This document shows, piece by piece, positions 52,851-64,000 of a stretch of 64,000 nt of DNA. Source of the stretch: Squalus acanthias (lineage: Eukaryota); contig CM059431.1 of assembly GCA_030390025.1 (NCBI GenBank), forward strand, positions 146,384,001-146,448,000. The letters run 5' to 3'. Positions within the stretch are counted from its first letter, which is position 1; every line of letters starts with the position of its first letter. The notes beneath the pieces were generated by a model, which saw only the letters and a list, made by a program, of their open reading frames with translations, was not told the origin of the DNA and made no database searches. The translations under genes and the position numbers were made by a program.

Positions 52851-54767
52851 CTGTCAATATAAAAATGATTCATGTTAATTCCATAAACTATATGGAATTG
52901 TTTGTGTTAATTGTTCGTGTACAAACCGTTCAATGGTGGATGGGGAGTTGGTCTCTTGTCCCGCTGACGCTCTCCCTCACTGGTCAGAAGCTGAGCTGGT
53001 GAATCCGGTGGCAGTTGCACAGTTGGCTGGTCCTTTTTTAAAAATATTTTATTGGCTGGAGAGATGGCGCAGGAGGGAGCTTTAGTTTCCTGAGGCATTG
53101 GGACCGTTTCTTGGAGAGTTGGAAACGGTAAAAGCCGGATGGGTTGCATCGCAACAGAGCCGGGGCCAATATCCTTGTGGGGGTTTGTTTGCTAGTGCTG
53201 TTGGGGAGGGTTTAAACTAGCATGGCATGGGGATGGGAACCTGAGAGTATTTTCAGAGTTGAGAGAAGTAAAGCTGGAAATGGAGGTCAGAAAATTAGTC
53301 ATCGTGTTTGGAAGGCAGAGGAAACAACGTCTAGGAAATAGACAACAAGGCAGTTTGGCAATGCTAAATGGTGTATACTGTAATGCAAGGAGTCCAGGAA
53401 ATCAGGGAGATGAGCTAAGGGCACAGATAAACACGTGGGAGTATGATATTATAGCTATTACTGAGACTGGCAGCTCAACATTCTTGGTTACAGGGTTTTC
53501 AGGTGGGATAGAGAGGGGGTTAAAAAGGAGGTGGGTCGCAGTATTGTTTAAAGAGACAATTACAGCTGTGAGGAGTGGTGATATGTTCGAAAGATCATCA
53601 AATGAGGCCCTATGGATTGAACAAAAGAACAAAAAAGGGGCCATCACACTGCTGGGAGTGTAATATACACCCCCAAACAGACCGATGGAGATAGAAGAGC
53701 AAATTTGTCGGCAAATTTCTGACAAGTGCAAAAACAATAGGGCAGTAATAGTGGGGGGATTTCAATTACCCCAATATTAACTGGGAGTCAACCAGTGTAA
53801 ACAGTATAGAGGGCACAGAATTCATAAATTGCATTCTGGAGAACTTTTTTTAGCCATGCATAGCAAGCCCTACAAGGGGGGTGGGGCGGCAGTTCATGAT
53901 TTAGTTTCAGGGAATAAAGCTGGCCAGGTGGATGGAGTATCAGTGCGAGAGCATTTTTGTGCTGGTGATAATCATGCAGATAGTTTTAGCATAATTATGG
54001 ATATGGACAAAAAAATACAGGAGTACTGGTTCTAAATTGGGGGAAGGCCAATTTTACTAGGTTAAGAAATGATTTAGTAAAAGTGGACTGTAAACAGTTA
54101 CTTGAAGGTAAATCAGTGTCAGAGCAGTAGGAGGCATTCAAGAGGGAGATTCATGGAGTTCAGGGTAAACATGTTCCCAAAAAGAAAAAGTGTAGAACTG
54201 CCAAATTTAGAGCCCCCTGGATGACAAGGTGCATACAGGGTAAGATAAGGCAAAGAAGGGAAGCCTAAATCAGATACCGTGAGCTCAATGCTAGAGAAAG
54301 CCTAGAAGAGTATAGAAAGTGTAGGGGTGAAATTAGGAAGGAAATTAGGAAAGCAAAAAAGGGCATGATAAAATACTGGCAAGTAGAATCAAAGAAAACC
54401 CAAAGATCTTTTATAATTACATAAAGAGCAAGAGGATAACTAAGGAAAGAGTAGGGCCTATCAGGGACCTAAATGATGATCTATGTGTGGAGGCGGAGGA
54501 TGTGGGTAAGATACTTAATGAATACTTTGCAGCTGTATTCACAATAGAGGAGGACGATGTGGATGTTGAAGTTAAGAAGTACGATAGTGAAATAATGGAC
54601 GGGATAAACATACTAAGAGAGGAAGTATTAAGTGGTTCAGCATACTTGAAAGTAGATAGATCGCCAGGGCCGGATGAAATATATCCGAGGCTATTAAAAA
54701 AAGCAAGGGAGGAAATTGCGGAGGCTCTGACCATCATTTTCCAATCCTCCCTGGGTACAGGAGTGGT

Positions 54768-54988
54768 CATGATGCGGAGATGCCGGTGTTGGACTGGGGT
54801 GGACAAAATTCAGAGGTCGCACAACACCAGGTTATAGTCCAACAGTTTTATTTGAAATCACAAGCTTTCGGAGCTATCGATTTGCTCCTTCTTCACCTGA
54901 GGAAGGAGCAAATCGATAGCTCCGAAAGCTTGTGATTTCAAATAAAACTGTTGGACTATAACCTGGTGTTGTGCGACCTCTCAATTTT
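54768..54988. mobile_element. 221-bp foldback Penelope tail with a hammerhead motif (54893-54935, +)
   Basis: 13-bp TSD gtacaggagtggt at 54755-54767 and 54989-55001; TCAC-CTGAGGA-A-GGAGC(aaatcgata)GCTCC-GAA-AGCT-T-GTGA. Confidence 0.9.
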
Positions 54989-55875
54989 GTACAGGAGTGG
55001 TGCCAGAGGATTGGAGAACTGCTAACATTGTACCATTGTTTAAAAAGGGAGGAAGGGATAAATGAGCAATTACAGGTCATTTAGTTTAACGTCGCTGCTG
55101 GGCAAATTACTGGAATAAATTCTGAGGGACAGTATAAACCTTCATTTAGAAAGACACAGATTGATCAAGGACAGTCAACATGGTTTTGTTAAGGGAAGGT
55201 CGTGTCTGACTAACTTGATTGAATTAATTGAGGAGGTAACAAAGAGGGTCAATGAGGGCAGTGCGTTTGATGTGGTCTACATGGATTTTAGCAAGGCTTT
55301 TGACAAGGTCCCACGTGGTAGGCTGGTCAGAAAAGTAAAAGACCATGTGATCCAAGTGGAGAGTGGTAAATTTGATCCAAAATTGGCTCAGTGGCAGGAC
55401 GTAGAGGGTAATGGTTGAGGGGAGTTTTTGCGACTGGAAGGCTGTTTCCAGTGGGGTTCCACAGGGCTCGATACTCGGTACCTTACTTTTTGTAGTATAT
55501 ATTAATGATTTAGACTTAAATGAGGGGGCATAATAAAGAAATTTGCAGATGATATATAAATTGGCTGTGTGGTTGACAGTGAGGAGGAAAGCTTTAGACT
55601 GCAGGAAGATATCGATGAACTAGTCAATTGGGCAGAAAAGTGGCAAAATGAATTCAATCCGGAAAACTATAAGGTAATGCATTTGGGGAAGGGCAACAAG
55701 GCAAGGGAATACACAATTAATGGGAGGATACTGAAAGATGTGGAGGAACAGAGGGACCTTGGAGTGCATGTCCACAAATCCTTAAAGGTAGCATGACAGC
55801 TCGATAAAGTAGTTTAAAAGGCGTTTGGGATGCTTTCCTTTATTAGTCGAGGCATGGAATATAAGAGCAGGGAGG

Positions 55876-56803
55876 TGTACGAAAGACTGATATTTAGAGG
55901 TTATTAGTAGATGAGAATCAAATATGTATAAATTTAAGTGCACCCATTGACCAACTAATCTTACCCAAAATTCCGTGTGGGTATGGAATTATTAAGTCTT
56001 GTTTTAATGTAGCTGCAAGGACAGTCAGAAGCAGTTTTGACTAAGCTCTGATAACAAACAGCCACAATTTTGCCAGTGCAGTTTAAATTGTTAAATAACA
56101 TATTGTAATGCTAAGTAGGAATTAGAGTTCGTTTAACAAAACTACTTGCAAAGATAATTAAAAGTTAATTAGTATAAGGAACATAAAATGAGAGAGATCA
56201 TGGGAGTTAAGGTATCCATCTGGTAGATTGAAGTGAGATAGTCTGGATACCGTCAAGATTAGGGAGACAACGCTGCCATGTGCCCCCTTGGTATCAGACC
56301 TTGTACTGTTTGTACCAGGGAAGCTAGCAATAAGAGAGATAAGGTAAATTCCAATGGGGTGAAGAACGTATAAACAAGAAAATGATGAACATGTTAAATT
56401 TGTAGGAAAAATACTGGGCCAGGCGGGGCCAAGCTGCTGTCCTTCGTCTGAGTGACAATGATATTTTGACCATTAGAATCAATTTAAAAAGTTGATTTTG
56501 TTAAAGACCATATATGGACACTGGCCAAACGAACTTTTGATAAGAAAAGGGTTAATACCTCGATAAACAAAGAACAAATTTGCACAGAACTACTGCAGGA
56601 ACAAAGGAACATACTGAAGATGACGTCACCTGTGTCCGAGCGGCACCAGAGACCATGGGCTGCGAGCTACTCGTTGAACTATTGCCCGTTGCTAAGTATA
56701 TTATGCTATAAGCTTAATACCTCTTGATCTATTGCTCAAACATACTGGCTGCTGCCTATTTGTGTCTTGCCCAAGAAATCTGAGAGAACATTAAGATCTG
56801 ACA
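55876..56803. mobile_element. Probable solo LTR (928 bp)
   Basis: TGT...ACA termini; interrupts CR1 at agcagggagg|ttatgctag; TSD degenerate. Confidence 0.55.
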
Positions 56804-57450
56804 GCTGTTATGCTAGAATGGGATACAATACTGGTTAGGCCACAGCTTGAGTGCTGCGTGCAGTTCTGGTCACCATATTACAGCAAGGATGTGCTTGGAC
56901 TAGAGGGGGTGCAGAGGAGATTTACGAGCATGTTGCCAGAAATGGAAAACATTAGCTATGAGGAAAGATTGGAAAGGCTGGGGTTGTTTTCCTTGCAACA
57001 GAGGAGGCTGAGGGGAGATTTAATTGAGATGTATAAAATTATGAGGGTCCTAGATAGAGTGGGCAGGAAAGACCTCTTTCCTTTAGCAGAGGGGTGAACA
57101 ACCAAGGGACATAGATTTAAAGAAGTTTGTAGTAGGATTAGAGGGAAGATGAGGAAAAAATATCTCCCAGAGATTGTGCGAGTCTGAAACTCACTGCCCG
57201 AAAGGATGGTAGAGGCAGAAACACTCATCACATTTAAAAAGTACTTGGGTATGCAGTTGAACAGCCGGAACCGACAGGGCTACGGACCAAGTGCTGCAAG
57301 CTGGAATTAGGCTGGGGAGCTCTTTTCCGACCGGCACGGACACGATGGGCCGAATGGATTCCTTCTGTGTTATAAATTTTTCTATGATTCTATCACAGAC
57401 AAGGGCCGGGTCTTATGGAAAACATAGCCTGAAATATTCAAAACTGACAC

Positions 57451-57523
57451 AGGCACGGACGGGGAACGAACCCGCGATCTTCGGTTTAACAAAACCGACG
57501 CCTTACCGCTGGGCCACCGCGCC
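57451..57523 (-). pseudogene. tRNA-Thr(CGT)-derived pseudogene
   Basis: GGCGCGGTGGCC...GGTAAGGCGTCGGT...ACCGAAGATCGCGGGTTCG..CCCCGTCCGTGCCT; 8-nt anticodon loop TTTGTTAA; altered B box. Confidence 0.85.
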
Positions 57524-57806
57524 GACTAAACAGAAACAGCGCACGTGACACTCCGGATGTCACACTCCAAATGTCGCACTCCGGATGTCAAATATTGACC
57601 AATGTTAATTTCGGAATTGACCTTTCCCCACGCAGAGCCGGGTTTCTGACAGATAGCCCGACCCCCAGATGACCTGATATTGATTTCGGTTTAACGTTTC
57701 ATTCGAAAAAGCGGCACCGCCGACAGTGCGGCGGACATTGCGGCGCCGGGGCGGAGCCAACAGCCGCCTCTCTGCAATAAGTGACAATGACGGAGCGTTG
57801 GAACAG

Positions 57807-57879
57807 GCCCGGCCCGCTCAGTCGGTGGAGCAGTAGATTCTCAATCTCAGGGTCCTGGATTCCAGCCTCATGTTGCGCT
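57807..57879 (+). pseudogene. tRNA-Lys(CTT)-derived pseudogene
   Basis: GCCCGGC..GCTCAGTCGGT.GAGCA...AATCTCAGGGTC; many stem mismatches. Confidence 0.8.
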
Positions 57880-58773
57880 GAGTTTTATTTTGCTTTCACG
57901 GCCGAATTCCAGCTCTGAATTTCCGCGGCAATGGCACCGCTCTGAAAACGGGTCTTTATCCGACACATTTAGCTTAATAATATAATTGCTGGTTTAATAT
58001 TGAAAACTGGCCTCCGCTTCACTGTGTCAGAGACAACATTGTAGGTGCCGCGTAATAATAGAATTATAGAATGATACCGCACAGAATGAGGCCATTCGGC
58101 CCATTGTGCCTGTGCCGACTCTTTGGCAAAGCTATCCTTTTAATCTCTCTCCCCTGTTCTTTCCTCATAGCCCTGTATTATCCCCTTCAATTAATGTGCA
58201 ATAAATTGTAAAACTGTGAAAGGAATAGAAATAGTTAGGGATTCAGATACACAAACATTTCTGACGGGTCTCAGATTTTCTCAGAGGTTACAACCTCGCC
58301 TGCTTCATTGCCCTTTGCGAGGCAGGTGTGACGTTCCAGTCAAAACTGTCCGAACAAAACTGGCGACAGTCACAGAATTAGAATGGCCACGTCCTGGGGA
58401 CCGAGAGCAGCCGGTCCACGTCGGGGAAGAACCAGAGTCGACAGGAGAAAATATTTTTTTTTACACAGCGAGTTGAGGTAATTGTGGGAACGCCCCACGA
58501 GTGTGAGTCCACCTGCACATAATTAAATCACTATTATTAAGGAAAAGACTGCGGACCAGATTAAGGAGGATGGAGTGTTTGGTTTACGGGACAGTGGGCA
58601 GTGTGGTGCGGGACTGGCTGCGCTCGCATTATCGGAGTGTCAGGTCCTGCGCACCATGCACTACAGCTGTGGCACTCGATCTGCAGAATACGCGGGGCTG
58701 GCAGTGGTGTTGCCGGTGCTTGCAGAAGGCACTCGGGAGAAGGAGTTGGTTATTGTGCTCGATTCAGATGATC

Positions 58774-59529
58774 GGGGCAGAAATTTGGCTCGCAACGGGT
58801 GAGTACGCACTGTGTACTGTGTACTCACCCGTGGACTGAACGAAAGTGCCGGTTTCTTGCATGCACTGCGCATGCGCGGGAAACCGGCACTTCCGTTCCC
58901 CTGAAGGAAGGGGTTCAGAGGTCGAACGCGCACGCCGGAGTGCCAGCGTCTTCGCCTCGCACTTCGGGTTTTTTTTACAGGTTCCTCCGTGAGGGTAAGC
59001 ACGGAGAAGATACACATTGAAAAAGGAGGCGCAAGGCCTTCTTTTAACAAGGTAAGTGTTGATTTTATTAAAATGTAAACATTTTTTTCACAGATTTATC
59101 TTTTTTAATTACTTTAAAGAAAGGTAAGTTTAGTTTTAACCCCGTTAAAAAGTGTAATTAATTTTTTGAAAAATATAAATTTTTGTTTAAAATAGTTAAT
59201 TAATGTAATTTATAGTTATTTTAAAAATGTGATTAAAAAAAATATTTGTAGTTTTAGGGATGTTTTGGGGTCGATCTGTATTCATAGATTTGACAGGTCC
59301 TGTCAAATCTATGAATGGAAGATGGTCTGCTGCCATTGGCTCTCCATGGCCCACGTGATCCCAGGGAACGCATCGCACTAACTGAGCCCCTGGGATAGGC
59401 AAGCACTGGCGCCTGCAGTTGGAGGAGGCCCAGGACCCGAATTCCCCGTGGGCCCAGAGGTCAACGGCAGGCGCGGTAGGTAGGTGCGCGCGCGATCCTT
59501 CCACCCGCGGGAAGCCGAATTTCTGGCGC
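58774..59529. mobile_element. Non-autonomous TIR element (MITE) with internal palindromes
   Basis: Imperfect TIR ggggcagaaatttggct / agccgaatttctggcgc; three internal hairpins. Confidence 0.65.
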
Positions 59530-59826
59530 GAATCCCATGATGTATTTAATGTAACAGACACAAATACATATAAACACAGGCAGAGATACAGACAGTGTCC
59601 GGAATCACCGGGAAATAGACAAGAGATATTGACAAGGACAATGCGCTTTGCTGTCAGAAACATGCCTGAACCCCTGTGGTCAATGAGTGGTTTGATGGTT
59701 GACTTCCTGATACACCTTGGAATTCAGGAGGACTTGGTTCGTGGTTTGTAGGACAAGTTGAACCCCTGGGGCGGAGCAAACAGCCGACACTCTGCAATAA
59801 GTGACAATGATGCAAAGTTAAAACAG

Positions 59827-59899
59827 GCCCGGCTCGATCAGTCGGTGGAGCGTTAGATTCTTATTCTCAGGGTCGTGTATTCGAGCCCCACGTTAGGCG
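59827..59899 (+). pseudogene. tRNA-Lys(CTT)-derived pseudogene, second copy
   Basis: GCCCGGCT...CTCAGGGTCGTG..TTCGAGCCCCACGTT.GGCG followed by a T-run. Confidence 0.85.
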
Positions 59900-59924
59900 A
59901 GTATTTTTATCGTTTTTTCTCTGC

Positions 59925-60010
59925 GTCAGGATGACCGGACGGTCTAAGGCGCTGCGTTTATATTTGCAGTTTGTCTTTGCGAGGCGTGGGTTCGAATCCC
60001 ACTTCTGCCA
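59925..60010 (+). pseudogene. tRNA-Leu(CAG)-derived pseudogene
   Basis: GTCAGGATG.CCG..CGGTCTAAGGCGCTGCGTT...GAGGCGTGGGTTCGAATCCCACTTCTG; anticodon arm destroyed. Confidence 0.85.
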
Positions 60011-60109
60011 TGCAGATCTTTTTACTTCTCCGGCCAGTTGCATTTTATGCAATTAGCTGCAACTGCTTCTTCGGCCCGGTTTATTTTTTCTTATCAGAAA
60101 ACTAACCCT

Positions 60110-60540
60110 AGGATTGTTCTCTTAGAGCAGAGAACGTTAAGGGGAGACCTAACAAAGATATTCAAAATAATGAGGGGTTATGATAGAGAAGGGAGAAATT
60201 GTTTCCTCTGGCGGGTGGATCGACAATCAGAGGTCATAGATTTAAAATAATTGCCAAAAGAACTAGAGGGGACATTAGTGAATTTATTCGCACAGAGGGT
60301 TGTTAAGATCTGGAACGGATTCTCTGAAAGGATGGTGGAATCAGATTCCATAGAAACTTTCAAAAGGCAATTGGACATTTATTTGAAGAGAAATCATTAA
60401 CAGGGTTATCGGGAAAATCTGGGGTTTGGGACTAAATTGGAGAGTTCTTTCAAAGAGCCAGGAGAGGCAGGATGGGCCGAATGGCCTCATTCTGTGCTGT
60501 AAGATTCTATGATCCTAAGATTCTATGATTCTATGACTCC
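60110..60540 (+). mobile_element. CR1 3' fragment
   Basis: LEQRTLRGDL; attctatg repeat tail. Confidence 0.85.
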
Positions 60541-60980
60541 GGCCTCTTGTGCATTTCCTTTTCTCTTCACACTGCAAATAGTCTGTCATAACCTGTGTCT
60601 CACTCTCTGGAGTTTAATGTCCGAACACTTCCGTCTCCTTAAAACCGTAATCATTGAGGAGACTTTTTACCACACGTCTTAATAGCTCCCTCTTTGGATT
60701 TCGCTGCCATATATTTGATCACACCTCTGTGAAGCGCATTGGGATATCCCCGAGATGTGGGGAGGGGTCCAGGGTTTATTGAGCTGTGTGGAACACTTTA
60801 CTGAATACGTGTTTTGTGTGTGTTTGTTACATTAAATAAATGAGGGCATCTGACGCTTCTCTCCCTGACACTAGGGAACTAGTGAGACAGACTTTATAGC
60901 AAGGTTCTGTTTCTTGTGACAAAACAAAGAAAGTATACTCCTGGAATTACCCAGACTCCAATCAATGCTAAAAAGAGCTT

Positions 60981-61052
60981 TATCCCCGACGTGATTTGAA
61001 CACACAGCCTACTGATCTGGAGTCAGACGCGCTGCCGTTGCGCCACGAGTTC
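60981..61052 (-). pseudogene. tRNA-Trp(CCA), probably a pseudogene
   Basis: GA.CTCGTGGCGCAACGGCAGCGCGTCTGACTCCAGATCAG...GTTCAAATCACGTCGGGG; anticodon intact, acceptor stem mismatched, T5 downstream. Confidence 0.85.
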
Positions 61053-61228
61053 TGCGTGTGGCGAACACGAAGGGATGTTTATTTATATCAATGTTTCTCA
61101 TACACGGATTCATTCTTCCGCGTGTTGGTGTAGAAGTGCTTTCAAATCCCGCCCACTCGCACCGGGTGTCAGCCAGAGTCAGAAGCAGCGTTCACCTGTC
61201 AGTCACTGTATCACGCCCGCTGTCATCA

Positions 61229-62545
61229 CCTGGAACTCTCTGCCTGAAAGGGTGGTAGAGGCAGGAACCCTCACAACATTCAAGAAGCATTTAGATGAGC
61301 ACTTGAAACGCCATAGCATACAAGGCTACGGACCAAGTGCTGGAAAATGGGATTAGAATAGACAGGGCTTGATGGCCGGCGCAGACAGGATGGGCCGAAC
61401 GGCCTCTTTCTGTGCTGTATAACTCTATGACTCTGACCTGCTGCCCGCAGACTGCAGCCAATCCAATTACACGCATCGAGTCCCCAGAATCAGCACAGCA
61501 CAGGAAAGTAAACTGCGAAACTGCTCAAAACACACAACAGCTTGAACAGCTTCTGAAAAACAATTAAACTTTCGCTGTGTGGACAGTTGTTAGAACTGCA
61601 AACAAGGTAGTGTGAAAATATAAACTGTGTGTGTGTAAATATAGAATCATAGAAACTCACAGCACAGGAGGAGGACATTCGGCCCGTCGTGCCTGTGCTA
61701 GTTTAGAAGAGCAGCCATGCTCAGTCCCACACCCCGCTTGTTGTCCCTAACCCTGTAAGTTCCTCATCCTCAAGTACCTGTGCAACTCCCTTTAAAATTA
61801 TTGATGGAATCAGCTTCCACCACCTGTTCAGGTCGAGCGTTCCAGATCCCGACAACTCTCTGAGTGAAGAAACTTCTCCTCATCATCCCTCTAGATCTTT
61901 GGCCAATGATTTTAAATCTATGACCTCCGGTTATTGACCCACTCACCCGAGCGAATAGTTTTCTCTATCTACTCTATAACTAACATTATCTATTCACTTT
62001 TAATTATATGCCTCTATTTTGAAACACAAGTAACCCTGATGCTTTTTCAACCACCTTATCAACGTGCCCTGCCACCATTAATTATTTGTGTATGTGAAGA
62101 TCAAGGTCTCTCTTCTCATCTACACTTTTCAAAATCGTGCCATTTATAGCACACTGCCTTTCCGTATTAGTCCTCCCAGAGTGCATCACTTCACACTTCT
62201 CAGCATTGAAATCTATCTGCCATGATTCTGCCCAATTCACCATCCTGTCTACGTCATCCTCAAATCTATAACTATCCTCATCACTATCTACTACGTTGCG
62301 AAGTTTTGTAACATCTGCAAACTGTAGAATGCTGCTCCCTACACCCGAGTCTAGGACTTTTATAAAAATTGAAAAGGGTAATGGATCCAAAACTGACCCT
62401 TGGGAACACCACTGCAAAACACCTCCACGTCTAAAAAACATCCATCACCACGTTTTGCTTCCTGTCACTGAGCCAATTCCGGATCCATATAATCACTTTT
62501 CCCTTAATTTCGCGGGCTTCCGTCTTCTTAACAAGCCTCCTGTGT
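61229..62545. mobile_element. CR1 fragments (+ 61229-61432; - about 61640-62545)
   Basis: WNSLPERVVEAG; QGSVLDPL...FADV. Confidence 0.8.
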
Positions 62546-62679
62546 GGGTGTGATGTTTATCTATAAAGTTAGTGTTTCTGTGATGTGTGCGATGTGAGCC
62601 AGTTTAAAGTTTATTTCTTATGATATGATAATCCTGCATAAATATATATATATATATATGTACGCAAGTAGCGAATGTA

Positions 62680-63264
62680 TGCTGAACATTCATAATGCGC
62701 TGCTCAGACCACAACTGGAGTATTGTGTCCAGTTCTGCTCACCACGCTTTAGAAATTAAGCGAAGGCCCTTGAGAGGGTGCAAGGAGATTTACCAGAATG
62801 GTTCCGGGGCTAGGGAATCTTAGCTACAAGGACAGGTTGGAGAAGCTGGATTTGTTTTCATTAGAGCAAAGGAGGTTGAGGGATGATTTGATAGAGATGT
62901 ACAAGATTATGACGGGTTTGGATAGGTTAGATGGGGAAAGGCTGTTCCCACTAGTTGATGGTACAAGGACTAGGGGACACAGATTCAAGGTTTTGGACAA
63001 GACATACAGGGGAGATGTGAGGAAAATCTTTTTTTACGCTGCGAGTAGTGATGACATGGAATTAGCTGTCAACGGAAGTGGTGGAAGCGGAGACACTCAA
63101 TGTTTTCAAAGGGAGGCTGGATAGGCACTTGAGGGAAATAAACTTGCAGGGCTACGGGGATAGAGCGGGGAAATGGGACTAACTGGATTGCTCTACAGAG
63201 AGCCGGCGCAGACTCAATGTGCCGAATGGCCTCCCTCTGTGTCTTTATGACTCTATGACTCTAT
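62680..63264 (+). mobile_element. CR1 3' fragment, same subfamily as 1349-7238 and 12975-17024
   Basis: LSYKDRLEKLDLFSLEQRRLR; tatgactc tail. Confidence 0.9.
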
Positions 63265-64000
63265 GTGTAGGGGTACCAATAGTACAGGAGGAGCCCGGTC
63301 ACCTCTCCAGTAAGTGTAGGGGTACCACTAGTACAGGAGGAGCCCGGTCACCTCCAGTGTAAGTGTAGGGAACCACTAGTACAGCAGGAGCACGGCTACC
63401 TCCAGTGTAAGTGTAGGGGACAGGACAGGAGAAGCACGGTCACCTCTAGTTTAAGTGTAGTTGTCCCACTAGTACATGAGGAGCCCGGTCACCTCCAGTG
63501 TATGTGTAGGGATACCTCTGGAACAGGAGGGGCAAGGTTACCTCAAGTGTAGGTGTAGGGGAACTACTATTACCGGAGGAGCACGCTCACCTCTAGTGTA
63601 AGTGTAGGGACACCACCAATACAGGAGGAGCCCGGTCACCTCTAGTTAAAGTGTAGTTGTCCCACTAGTACATGAGGAGCCCGGTCACCTCCAGTGTATG
63701 TGTAGGGATACCTCTGGAACAGGAGGGGCACGGTTACCTCTAGTGTAGGTATGGGGAACTACTATTACCGGAGGAGCACGCTCACCTCTAGTGTAAGTGT
63801 AGGGACACCACCAATACAGGAGGAGCCCGGTCACCTCTAGTTAAATTGTAGGGGCACCAATAGTACAGGAGGAGCGCATCACCTCTAGTGTAAGTGTAGG
63901 GGTCCCACTAGTACTGGAGGAGAGGGTCACCTCTAGTTTAATTGTAGGGCTCCCAAGAGTAGAGGAGGAGCACGGTCACCTCTAGTTTAAGTGTAGGGAC
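63265..64000 (+). repeat. Satellite of about 49 bp, about 15 copies, runs off the window
   Basis: Unit gtgtaggggtaccactagtacaggaggagcccggtcacctccagtgtaa. Confidence 0.95.

Larger units (their letters stand above)
53050..57392 (+). mobile_element. Decayed CR1 LINE with nested Penelope foldback and LTR-like insertion
   Basis: VYCNARS...ITET, SPGPDEIYPR, YMDFSKAFDKV, CR1 tail. Confidence 0.9.

Overview
Vertebrate genomic DNA, very likely from a cartilaginous fish (HE1/V-SINE-type SINEs, dense CR1 LINEs, fish-type NLR). It is mostly transposable elements. One host gene is clear: a + strand NLR with an intact NACHT exon (21635-23372), five frame-symmetric ribonuclease-inhibitor-type LRR exons and a terminal exon (35396-40049). 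No N-terminal effector exon is recognisable in the window. Around it are many decayed CR1 and L2 LINEs, Harbinger-type DNA transposon remnants, two probable solo LTRs, an old segmental duplication (1-9447 vs 11472-18359) either side of a 200-N gap, five tRNA pseudogenes (57.4-61.1 kb) and three tandem repeats. The most notable hidden structure is a set of Penelope-like insertions. Most are head-to-head foldbacks with 12-14 bp target-site duplications, including a loop-less palindrome of about 2 kb, and they carry minimal hammerhead ribozyme motifs with covarying helices. TE boundaries are approximate unless a TSD is quoted, and family assignments come from recognising motifs by eye, not from database searches.
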